From assembly GCF_001194135.2 (NCBI RefSeq), contig NC_068981.1:146369055-146421060 (forward strand): 52,006 bases of DNA, written 5' to 3'. This stretch comes from Octopus bimaculoides (taxonomy: Eukaryota). Position numbers and translations under genes: made by a program. Under the pieces are notes generated by a model. The model did not search any database. It saw only the letters and a list, made by a program, of their open reading frames with translations, and was not told where the DNA came from. Shown here piece by piece: positions 25,176 through 37,299 of this stretch; the stretch's first letter is position 1; each line of letters begins with the position of its first letter.

Positions 25176-25600
25176 GAAGGCGGCGAACTGGCAGAGACGT
25201 TAGCACGCCGGGCGAAATGCGTAGCGGTATTTCGTCTGCCGTTATGTTCTAAGTTCAAATTCCGCCGAGATGGAGTTTACTTTTCATCCTTTCGGGGTCG
25301 TTAAATTAAGTACCAGTTACGCACTGGGTCGATGCAATCGACTTAATCTCTTTGTTTGTCCCCTCTATGTTTAGCCCCCTTGTGGGCAATAAAGAAATAA
25401 GAAACGTTAGCACGCCGGTCGAAATTCTTAGCGATATTTCGTCTGTCTTTACGTTCTGAGTTCAAATTCCGCCGAGGTTGATTTTGCCTTTCATCCTTTC
25501 GCGGTCGATAAATTAAGTACCAGTTGCGTACTGGAGTCGATCTAATCGACTGACCCCCTCCTCAAAAATTTCGGGCCTTGTGCCAAGAGTAGAAAAGAAT
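25176..25600 (+). mobile_element. Dimeric family-A SINE (complete)
   Basis: Two homologous monomers head to tail, each with a B box and the central block, but with different 3' ends. Confidence 0.92.
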
Positions 25601-26589
25601 ATTTGAGTCAAGAAGGAAAGCAATGCTGATTACGCTATCACCTTGGGTGCTAGATATTGGCCCGTAGTAGGATTTGAGCTCGAAATACAGACACGGAATA
25701 GATACCGTGAGGAATATGATCTATCGGTCTTTCAGTTCCAAAGATCCAACGCCTTGTATTCGTAGTTTTTTATCGACCTTAATAGGATGAAAAGAAAAAC
25801 TTAATCTCGGTATAATTTGAATACAGTACGTAGAGAGTCGAAACAAATACTATATAGCATTGCGTCCGACGTCCTGGCAACTCTACTAATGCATATCTCT
25901 CACTACACTAATACCGAGCAGAGGAGAAGGTAGAGATTTATTAAAATGTAAAAGATGCCATAAATGCTGCGATTTGGGATTTGAAAAGTTTTGATGCACA
26001 CAGGATGGAAAGACAGTTATCTGCAGCCAAAAATATCGAAGTCATGAAACAGTGAAACATTTCAAGGATAGAAAGAAGAACGACAGGATAAATAGCTGAG
26101 GAGAAAAGAAAAATAAAAGGACTAACGATTTCAAGAATTTCAGTACGCCACTGCTTTTTTTTTTGTTTTGTTTGTTTTGTTTTTTTTCTTCTTTTTTTTT
26201 TCTTTTTCGTTTTTATGCTAGTTTATACTCTACCAGTTGTTTTCATTGCTGTAATTGTTTATTCCAGATCTGTCGTAATTGAGCAAACGTAGCATCAAAG
26301 TACCAAACTAAAGAAGCACAGATAACATTCATAGCCCAAATAAATTAAAACAATATAAATAGGAATGTATATTTACCAATTGTTATTCTTGGTCGACTGG
26401 TACAATTGCTAATAACACTTCGAACCAGACTGTGTCTTATATTAAATTTTGAACTGATGTACTATGATCACTTAATTGTTCTTTGTTTAGTCTACAGTTG
26501 TCTTTGATCGAGCAGATTTCAGCTGTAAACATCCAATCATTTTTTTCAGACATACATCTTTAGCTCTACTTTATTCTTTTTAAGACAGT

Positions 26590-26660
26590 ATAGTGCGATT
26601 TGAGGGCTATTTGGTTGTTGAATCTAGATGATCGAGCAACGACATAGGAGTTCTCTAACT
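26590..26660 (+). mobile_element. Old dispersed repeat family E (representative core)
   Basis: Core GTGCGATTTGAGGG..ATTTGGTTGTT..TCTAG..G.TCGAGCAAC recurs, diverged, near 2700-2740 (-), 30560-30625, 33820-33870, 40800-40850 and 47000-47050. Confidence 0.6.
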
Positions 26661-27569
26661 GGAATCGTTTACATACAAGGTGAACAGATGTGGTTATTTG
26701 TGGTTGCACACTTTTCAGCCACTTTTCTATTTTACTCAGTTGCTATCTTGGATAAAACATGCATTCAAAATCATATATTCTATCTACCCACTAATCGTCA
26801 ACAAAAATATCTTTTTGATGTTCCGTTGCTAAATACTCAATTCCCTTCAGCAGCTGTACCGAGCTGATAAAGAGAAATGCTTGTTAGGCATTTAATTATT
26901 TTACATACTTATATAGTTGCTAATAAATAGCATTTTACCCTAACTGAAAACTAGCCATAATCCAGCTACCCTGCAGAAACCTTTAGATTTTTAATTGATC
27001 CCAATAGATCAATTTCTTCTCCAATTTAAATTTCAATAGAGTATTCTCTACGATACATCTCATTGATACCGGATAGTTCTTCTCAATATTATACAAAGCG
27101 ATGCGGGTTTCTCAAATTATTTGTTTATGCATTGATAAAACGTGTTAAACTCTGCATTCAGCAAGGGTATAAGACGTAAATTATCGATTCAATGCTTTTA
27201 GCAATGTTACCGCTTCTATGAAACGAAGCTGAGAATGATACCTGTCTATCAGTCAAAGAACAGGTTGTCAAAGAGTTAAATGAAACACTCATATTTCTAT
27301 TAGATAAATCTACTACTAAGACATCGAAACTTAGGTTTATTTGTCGTTTTCAACTAAAATCATGAGAGCAACCTAGACTACTCACCTAGATCAAAATGAA
27401 TAAAGTCAAACCGTATATGTTCATCTTAACTGTAAATAGACGATTTGAGTTTCTACACTTTACCTCCCGGTCAAAAGTGTTTAGTTCGTGTTGCTTTCAT
27501 CCTTTACAAGTGTATCTTGGATCATACTTTAAGATAGGATGTACCGAATGACGGTTGTAAAAATTTCTG

Positions 27570-27714
27570 CAGGTGTGGCTGTGTGGTAAGAAGCTTGTTT
27601 TCCAACTACATGGTTACGGGTTCAGTCCCACTGCGTGACACTTTGGGTAAGTGTCCCGGGCCGACCAAAGCCTTGTGGGTGGATTTGGTAGACGGTAACT
27701 GAAAGAATCCCGTC

Positions 27715-27753
<39 letters not shown>

Positions 27754-27955
27754 TGTGTGTCTGTGTTTGTCCCCCCACTATCACTTGATAACCGATGTTG
27801 GTATGCTTACGTCCCTGTAACCTATCGGTTCGGCAAAAGAGACCGATAGAATAAGTGCTAGGCTTACAAAGAATAAGTCCTGGAGTCGATTTGTTCAACT
27901 AAAGGCGGTACTCCAGTATGGTCGTAGTCAAACGACTGAAACAAATAAAAAAAAA
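27570..27955 (+). mobile_element. Bipartite SINE family B with internal (TA)n
   Basis: A box TGGCTGTGTGG, B-box-like GGTTCAGTCCC, (TA)n, tail ending GTCAAACGACTGAAACAAATAAAA. Confidence 0.92.
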
Positions 27956-30672
27956 ACTGAAATTTTTCCTTTTCATGACAGGAAAGAAAGAGAAACTAAC
28001 TGCGACTATCATAGAAAAAAAGGGACATAATTTTTTAAGAAATAATTAATTTCTTTGAATAAATTTGCATGCGTAATAAACAATCTAATCGCTTTTCTCT
28101 TTTGTTTTTTATTCCTTGAAAGCAAGAGACAACTATTAGACCTTTTCAGCACAGTATAATCTACTCAAACTTTCTCTGATCAGTCGGCATACAGAAAACA
28201 AGAGTTACCAAGATTTGTGTCCAGTATGATTTTCAGAATTTGAAGAATATTAACCGAGGAAAATAACACAAATGGCAAAAAGGGGTAAACAAAACATTTT
28301 CGTTTTACTCTACTTCATCAGCTAAGCACAGTCTTTGCTATGCATATCAAATTAATGATAAGAGAATCATTACATTGAGGTACAAGATTGCATATCAATA
28401 TGCCATCCTTTACTGATGAGGACTAATATAGCCAAAACGCACCCGAAGTTTTTGCCGGTACTTGCGAAAACCAGATTAAAATAATATTAGTCATTGAGCT
28501 AATGTTTTCTTCTTACTGTGTAAGTATTATTAATTAATCAGATGTTTTATTCCTGCCACATTGAATATGATAACCCTAACTTGATTGTATTGGAAGAGAA
28601 CTGAAGATCGATAACTTAATTATATTTAACACTTTAAGATGATATACAAACAGAAAACACAAATATTTAAAACCTTGCTGGAACTGGAGTAATAATTATA
28701 ATGATTCGGGAGAGCGAATCTATTTAGATCTAACTGTTGTTTCTACTATCTGCAACGTTACACAGATTCCTCAATAATTACACTGAAATCCAAACAGGGT
28801 TTTTTAAAAGTATAAAACAAATTCTTATGTAACAGAGAATCTTTTACAATTAAATTTTCTCTCGGGCTTCTTTTCACTATTCCTATTCCCATTTTCTTAT
28901 TTGCCTTTTGACGCAATTAAATATCCCTTTTGTCTCTCAAATACTGTATCAGGAAAATGTGTGGTAGACTCTTGTCTTTGATCAGAACTTCAATCGTACG
29001 ATATTTTCAATGGAAAACAGATCGTCTACTGTTGTCATTATCGATTTGAAGTTTGTTTATAAAGCGAACTAATCTAACATGCGTTAAGGCTGTATTAATG
29101 TGTTAATGAAATTTGGATTGATTTCGAATGATTTCAAGAATATATGAAGCATACGAATACAAAACAAAACAAAGTATACCTGAAGCATCAACTAAAATCT
29201 GTTTACGCCCACATAGTCTGTTGGCTTTCTGTTGTTTTTTCTGCTGCTTTGCGTTGTTATTTATTACTGTGGTTGTTCATTAATTTTGTTCGCTGTTTTT
29301 ATCCATTCAGGGTAAATTTATTTATTGAACGCTATAAATAAATCTACTTTTACTTCTTATAATACTGAATTATGTAATAAACAACCCAGAAACAGTTTCA
29401 TCCAGAGTTCATTTAATATCAAAATGGATAATATTAATTAGATCCAGAGAAACAGAAGCTGCCAAACTGGTCATGCTTTTTCACAACCAGACGCTATATT
29501 TTTCACGCTTCAGTAGTATTACATGGTGTGTAGTCATCGATCACAGACTAGTAGTGAGGAGAGCGATTGTTTTCATTTATATTACTCTCGCCCAGTAAGG
29601 AAGAAATATGCCGACAGGCGTTTGGAATTCTAAATAGACGATGGCTGTATTATATTTCACACCAATCGCTTTTCATCTTACGCCTCAATATTGCCAACAA
29701 GGTTAATTTCATTAATACAATTGATACGCGGTAAAGTTCGATCGTTGCACTGCAAACCACCAAACTAATCTTCATTTGGTTTAGTACCTTCTCGCGCTTT
29801 CCATCTCTCTATTCCCTTCTTTCCCTTTCTCTTCACTTTGCCTGCTTTCGGGTGAGATGGGAGAATTTGTGTTTTAATAACTTGCTATGGACTTATGACC
29901 TTCCGCATGAAAGGACGAGATCTTAATTCTTTCGTTTATTGTGATTTCTTCGCCTAGCAAGTGTAGTTTGAAAAATCTGAGGTAATACTGATGGATTTAC
30001 AAAGAAAAAACAAACATTTTTATAAATCAATAATTCGAACAATACTTATTTTTTAATAACACTTGTATGGACCTTTTGTAGATTTTATTCATCATTGTTT
30101 TAATTATAATATTAAAATTGCAAACCCACATATTGTTTATTTATCGTAATAAAGTCATAAATGCGTTAGACTTGCGTCGGCCGTTATATTTATAAATATA
30201 CGAATAAATTCAAAAGCGCTTGCACCATCTGTCTGTTAAAATCATATTGAGATTTCAAATGATGCAGAAATTAACTTGGGATTCGCAAGTGATTCATCCG
30301 GTGAAAAACAATGTGAGTTTGTTTTCCATCTAGCGGAGTTTTGTTGTTGTTGTTGTTGTTGGCGGTGGTGGTGGTGGTGGTGGTGGTGGTGCTGCTGCTG
30401 CTGCTTATGATGATGATGATGATATTTATTTTCCAGTTAGCCTTGAACGAACATCAAAATTGAACGATAGTCAAAATTGTTCCTGCCGTGACCATGTTTT
30501 GCATTTGTTTTTTTTCTTTCGATGTATTATATCTCATATGTTTCTCCCTTTTTAATGCAGTGAGATGTGATTTGAGTGAGATTTGGTTGTTATTTCTAGA
30601 AGGTTGAGCAACCACGTAAAATTGGACCGTTCGTTGCGTTAAGATGAAGCATATCATATCCCACAATTTCCA

Positions 30673-30711
<39 letters not shown>

Positions 30712-30802
30712 GATATATCTCAAACTCCGTTTTTGGTTCAAATGCGGATTACCATTTTAATAAAGAAGTTATTTACTGTAATCGTGTAAATCGTCGCAAT
30801 AG

Positions 30803-31012
30803 TGGCTTCAAATTTTAGCACAAGGCCAGTAATTTCTTGGGAGGAAGTGAGTCAATTGTACATCAACCCCGATGCTACATATTTTATTGACCCCGGAAGG
30901 ATGAAAGGTAAAGTTGTCCCCAGTGGAATTTGAACTCAGAAAGTAAAGACGGACGAAATGCCGTTAAGCATTTCACTCGGAGTGCTAATGATTCTGCCAG
31001 CTCGTTACCTTA
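30803..31012 (-). mobile_element. SINE family A
   Basis: RC homologous to 18865-19078. Confidence 0.85.
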
Positions 31013-31837
31013 AATCGTTGCAATGTGGTTAATGTGATGTGTAATTGATATACTAAAGACACTCCGAAAATGATGCACATTATACAGACGTAATTTAAGC
31101 ATTTGATAAAACCGGTGTAATGACGTATACAACCAGTCTAAATAACGTAACTTGTATAATAGCAAATGTAATAGCGTCACTACTATAATCGGATAATCTG
31201 TATAGTGACCTCCACTTACTAATATTACTAATCCGTAAAATTCAAATGGAGGAGTAAAATCAATATGGTGATGTATGTAATATATTGACATTTCCAAACA
31301 ATTATAACATTCTGTAGAATGAAAAGATAAAGAGTAGTGGAGTGGCGGAATCAGCATACCTTTGATTGTGAGTTCAAACCCCAGCGAGATTGATTTTGCA
31401 GTTCATTTTTCAGAAGTCGATAAAATATGTACCAATTCAGTACTAGATTCGATTTAATGAACTGTTCCCGCCAACAAAAAGTCTTGCCACCATCCAGTAT
31501 TAAGAATCAATATATCGAATAGTCAATGTTGATATTAAGCTATCAAATTGTGTATGTCTTACAATGACGTAATCGTTATAGTAACGTTAATGAATACGGA
31601 GAGATAAATAATAAAATGACCTCAATAATATAGTGACGCTGTCAAATGTATTAACTGAAATAATGTCATGTATCCGTTATCGGAATATAATAAATAGAAA
31701 CAGAATTAGAAATATTCATACGCACGGGCACTACACACAAGCAACAGCACGAACACAACAGCTAGCGTGTTTGCAAGGGCGCGTGCATGCAAATACAAAC
31801 TATACGCATATTGTCTCAATGTACCTACTTTTTTTTT

Positions 31838-31884
<47 letters not shown>

Positions 31885-34547
31885 CTCCCCCACTCCCTTC
31901 CAACAAATTTAATCCCCTACACTTTATCCTACTCAAACATACTTTCACTTTTATATATATAGGTAANNNNNNNNNNNNNNNNNNNNNNNNNNNNNNNNNN
32001 NNNNNNNNNNNNNNNNNNNNNNNNNNNNNNNNNNNNNNNNNNNNNNNNNNNNNNNNNNNNNNNNNNNNNNNNNNNNNNNNNNNNNNNNNNNNNNNNNNNN
32101 NNNNNNNNNNNNNNNNNNNNNNNNNNNNNNNNNNNNNNNNNNNNNNNNNNNNNNNNNNNNNNNNNNNNNNNNNNNNNNNNNNNNNNNNNNNNNNNNNNNN
32201 NNNNNNNNNNNNNNNNNNNNNNNNNNNNNNNNNNNNNNNNNNNNNNNNNNNNNNNNTCCCCCTCTCTCTCTCCTTCCCCCTCTCTCTCTCCTTCCCCTCT
32301 CTCTCTCTCTCCTTCCCCCCTCTCTCTCTAGCCGGTCTAGGGCTGGCAGGTTGTCGGCAGAATGACGAGGTGTACCCCCTCAGATTCACCTTACCCACTT
32401 ACACCATATTTCCGCCTAGCTGAGGCCTATACTATAAATTTCCGGTCAACAAGAGATCTACGTGGTCGGACAACATTCAAGAAATTGCAGTCAAATTTAT
32501 CTCAAATACTAACCAACTCTCTACAAAAAAATAATAATAAAATAAGATTAGGTATTCAGAATGAACTTATCCTAAATGTGCGTTAGAAAATATAGCGAGA
32601 CGATCATGGCTTGAATGTCAGACGAACGATTATTTTCCGTCATACAGAAATATTTCCCACCCACGGAATGTAATTTGATTTAATGTTTAGTTTGTTTTCC
32701 TGTGATGCTTGTTATTGCAGTGCAGCCCTTATCTCGTGTACGATACATATTTCAATTAGATAAAAAAAAAAACTTTTAATGAATGTGCTCTGCATTCTCA
32801 AAAAACAAAATATCGTTTCAAACTAATGGAACTTATTTGATAGATAACAGAAACTGCTCAAATGCGATAAGAGCTCTGTATTTACTATGAAAAATATTTT
32901 GATGACGTCTGCATGAAGAAGAAATAATTTTTTTGTGATCATCTCTCTTTAGCTTATCTGGAATTTTCGTCTATTTTGTAAGATAGTAGAATAAGATTTG
33001 AAGTGGATTTCAATGCAGATTAGACAGTTTGAGCGACTGCTTGGAAGCTCCTTCGCTGGCAATAAGTGGAGGTATGATATAATCGGAAAAAAATGTTCGA
33101 CTGATTTCCTTCCTAATATAGATATATTCGATCAGAAATGACATGGAGTTGTACAACAAACCAACAACTACAAAAAATAACCAGCAATGTACAGAATACT
33201 TCTTAATATTTCACAAACTAATTTATAACGAAATAACAAACACAGCCAACTTTGATTTGTACCTGGAAAAGATGTCTTACAGTGTAACTCAAAACAAGAA
33301 AACAAGTGATAGTAAAATGCAAAATAGTATTATATTAGTGATATTACAAAATAGAAAGAAACCATGAAGTTTTTAAGTATATCAGTCAGACTGTTTTGCT
33401 TGGTTTTACACATTTTATCCTCGCGACCTACGTAAGCTTAAAGGGCAACTATTCACTGATTTATAAACCCAAATGCTTGATACAACTCATACATATTTTA
33501 ACTCTTAGAGTTAAAAAATAACTTTTAGCACGATTCCTAAACGAAATCAAAAGTGAAAATATAAATAAAATACTGGAACTTAAACACGGTCAGTAGCCTT
33601 AAATATTTGAATTACCCTGTGAATAGGATGTTAGCCTGTCGTATAATTTTGAAATAAATATCCAAGAACTATTGTTGTTGTTGTTGTTGTTACGGTAGTT
33701 AAGCTGCAGATCATCCTTGGTCGAACAGATTTATCATCAAAAGCATCCACCTGTGACATTTCATATTTTTGTACATAAGGAACTCCATTGATAACTGTAC
33801 CATTTATTTAAGGTAGTTAAGTATGATTTGAAGGAGATTTTACTGATTTTCTGAACAGGACGAATGACGACAAAGAGATTTTCTTGAGTCTATTCCCCTA
33901 TTGTTTTTGTCAGTAAGTTATACTAACTAGTAGAAAATTAGTCAATGTGGTGCTAGTTTATTTGTCAGGCTCTGCCAATGAAGATATACCCATTGATATT
34001 CAATTTGGCCCACAAGCTGCGGCATAACGCTCCGGTAAACTAATTCAGCGAATAATAATTACTTTAAATAGAGTAAGTCGAATGTTTGTTTTCGATTACG
34101 ATTGCAATGTGCGGTGACATTTAACTCAGAACGTTAAATCAGAAGAAATACTGCTAAGCAGTTTGCCTGGTATACCAACTATTCTGCCCGCTCGCAGCTT
34201 TGATATATATTGATATTAATATTTAAAACAAAATTTAATTGCGTAAAAATATGAAACCAAATGTTCTGCTTTACGCTATCTCCTTAAATAATTCTTTCTT
34301 AAGTTGATAAATATGCTCAAAATTGTAAGGAAGAGTCATGACCGATGAATTCGATAGCGAAAAGTAGAAAATACTTATCTGAAAGTTCTACTAGAAGCAA
34401 ATTCGTCTCTGGTAAAATGTTTGATATATATCTAACGGAGAATGCTCAATAATTTAAATACTTTCAATATCATAGACTGACATTTTACCAATATACCTAC
34501 ATGATATGGGAACTAAAAGATTCTGCGTAATGTTTTTTTTTTATATA

Positions 34548-34758
34548 TACTCTTTTACTCTTTTACTTGTTTCAGTCATTTGACTGCGGCCATGCTGGAG
34601 CACCGCCTTTGTAGTCGAGAAATTCGACCCCAGGACTTATTCTTTGTAAGCCGAGTACTTATTCTATCGGTCTCTTTTTGCCGAACCGCTAAGTTACAGG
34701 GACGTAAACACACCAGCATCGGTTGTCAAGCAATGTTAGGGGTACAAACACAGACACA

Positions 34759-34801
<43 letters not shown>
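34548..34801 (-). mobile_element. SINE family B 3' half, broken by a gap at its internal (CA)n
   Basis: RC of the tail ...GGCGGTGCTCCAGCATGGCCGCAGTCAAATGACTGAAACAAGTAAAAGAGTAAAAGAGTA. Confidence 0.92.
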
Positions 34802-35318
34802 NNNNNNNNNNNNNNNNNNNNNNNNNNNNNNNNNNNNNNNNNNNNNNNNNNNNNNNNNNNNNNNNNNNNNNNNNNNNNNNNNNNNNNNNNNNNNNNNNNN
34901 NNNNNNNNNNNNNNNNNNNNNNNNNNNNNNNNNNNNNNNNNNNNNNNNNNNNNNNNNNNNNNNNNNNNNNNNNNNNNNNNNNNNNNNNNNNNNNNNNNNN
35001 NNNNNNNNNNNNNNNNNNNNNNNNNNNNNNNNNNNNNNNNNNNNNNNNNNNNNNNNNNNNNNNNNNNNNNNNNNNNNNNNNNNNNNNNNNNNNNNNNNNN
35101 NNNNNNNNNNNNNNNNNNNNNNNNNNNNNNNNNNNNNNNNNNNNNNNNNNNNNNNNNNNNNNNNNNNNNNNNNNNNNNNNNNNNNNNNNNNNNNNNNNNN
35201 NNNNNNNNNNNNNNNNNNNNNNNNNNNNNNNNNNNNNNNNNNNNNNNNNNNNNNNNNNNNNNNNNNNNNNNNNNNNNNNNNNNNNNNNNNNNNNNAAGTG
35301 AGAAAGTGTGTGGGAGAG

Positions 35319-35376
<58 letters not shown>

Positions 35377-35958
35377 GAATTGCTGAAGGAGAAAGAAAAA
35401 AAACTTGACGTGACAAGCTGACACCATTTCTGTACCTCACACTGACACTTGTTCAGCAATTACGCCAATAAAATTTTAAATCCCTCTGCATCTCCTCTCC
35501 CTCATAAACTCATTATTATGTATTATCATGGGTTGCATCTTGAGCTGCGAAATCTAATAAAGATTCTTTGAAACATGGTGATATTGTTTGAAGATAAACA
35601 GACAAAACGCCGATGCTTATAAATATATACAAACTTATTATTAGCTGCACAATTTAAGATAAAGTGAGCAAAGCATTATTGCATTGATGCAGAATAGAAT
35701 GTATTTGTTTTCGAAAACCAGTAACACTTGAAAAATTAGTGTGGTTTCCTTCTTTTATGTATTTTTGTCACACAACGCACGCTTTGAAAAATCATACAAG
35801 GAAAGTAATCTAGTTTTGTAAATGTCATTGTTTTTTGTCTCCGCCCCTTTCTCTTCCCCCTCTCTCTCTCTCTCTCTTTCTTTCTCTTTTTGAATGTGTG
35901 TGTATGTGTATCTGCATCCATACACATACATACATAGATACATACATACATACATACA

Positions 35959-36041
<83 letters not shown>

Positions 36042-36424
36042 AAATATGCACATATATACATAAATACATGCACACACTGATATATGTATAAATATACATA
36101 AATGCATAAATACGCACAGAAAGAGTGAGAGCGGAAGGGAGAGAAAGAGGGAAAATTAGGAACACAACGTGATTATGAATAAATGCGTATTCGGAAATTA
36201 TAGGCAATATGACAGAGATGTTTAATCGACATATATTTTCTTTCGTTGTGAAAATATAACTCGTGGATAATTTGCAGGGGCTTCAGAAGTTGATTCTAAA
36301 TATCGTTCAACTATATATATATATATATTTATTTATTTATTTATGTGTTTCAGCCAAGTGGCTGCGGTCATGCTGGTGCACCACCGTGATATATATATAT
36401 TTATATATATATATATATATATTT

Positions 36425-36755
36425 TCTTTTTTTCTTTTTTTATCCGTGTTTTTCTCCTTGTTTTCTTCTTATTCTTTCTGTTGAAGAGCGTAGCTCGAAA
36501 CGTTAAAGACTTTCTCTATTCCTGAGCGTTAAACTATTACATCTTTTTGTTGTTTACACCACCTGTCCTCGTCTGTTGTTTTTTTCGTAAATTCTCCCAT
36601 ATATATATATGTGGCTGATGAAGGCGATGTTCTCTATGTGGCTCGTGTGTTCTCGTCTACGTTTGTTTGCAATGTCCTGTACCCAGATATGCACCTATAC
36701 ATACAGGTGGATGTCGGTATGCACATACCTGTACGTATATATGCATATACCATTT

Positions 36756-36760
<5 letters not shown>
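36425..36760 (+). mobile_element. Small non-coding repeat units between (TA)n runs, Penelope-terminal-repeat-like
   Basis: Contains the hammerhead fold. The distal unit (GTCCTGTACCCAGATATGCAC...GGTATGCACATAC) is homologous to 13310-13345 (+) and 20521-20621 (-). The Penelope link is inferred from the ribozyme type. Confidence 0.5.
36473..36509 (+). ncRNA. Minimal type-I hammerhead ribozyme-like fold (core variant CUGUUGA)
   Basis: RNA: UCUUU CUGUUGA A GAGC GUA GCUC GAAA CG UU AAAGA. Stem I is 5 bp, stem II is 4 bp, stem III is the palindrome AACGUU, triplet GUU. Confidence 0.65.
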
Positions 36761-36808
<48 letters not shown>

Positions 36809-37261
36809 CTAGCAGCTAAGCCCGGTTTCACCCGTCGGTTTGGATGATGTGGTTGTAAAACCTGCTCTGTGTAAGCATTCGACTTGTTTGGGCACGCTTA
36901 CGTTAAAAAACAATTTTAGAATGACTTTTTTCTGTCAAAACGTTAAAAATAACCGACCAACAAAAAAAAAACAAGATTCAACCAAATCAAAATATAAACC
37001 CAAATCCTAAGCGAACAAAGATGAACCATCCCACTTCCATTGCGCGCACACGCGCACGCACACACACACACATACACATTCACATACCCCCCTTTACCTA
37101 CACGCACATATATTCACAAACAGTTGAAACGCTATTTGATTTATTTTTTCAGCGTACAATTTTCATCATCCCACTACCAAGTATGACATCACCCCCTTCC
37201 TTCCTTATTTATCTATCAGCCCTTCCTTTCTCATTCATATACACAAGAGTATTATAGTAGA
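36809..37261 (-). mobile_element. Non-autonomous Helitron-like element
   Basis: On the minus strand it starts A^TC(TACTATAA) at 37261 and ends with an imperfect GC hairpin (CGGGTGAAACCGGG), then CTAG^T at 36809. This matches the 5'-TC / hairpin-CTAG-3' / A-T target rule. Confidence 0.6.
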
Positions 37262-37299
37262 TTATCTTAGTAACTATGGAAGCTATGAAAAAAAATAGG

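Noticed and set aside
28290-28325. Minus-strand CUGAUGA...GAAA motif
   Set aside because: Stem II is only 2 bp and stem I does not pair; consistent with chance.
28413-28440. Third hammerhead (CTGATGAGGAC...GCCAAAACG)
   Set aside because: GAAA is replaced by AAAA, there is no UH triplet and no stem I partner; at most a dead relic.
30340-30425. In-phase GTT-GGT-GCT-GAT trinucleotide series (also 41840-41960)
   Set aside because: Ordinary compound microsatellite evolution; no splice or coding context.
31010-31357. 115-aa minus-strand ORF as a gene
   Set aside because: Starts in a decayed SINE, has AT-driven composition (Y/I/H/L) and no recognisable homology; kept only as a weak exon candidate.
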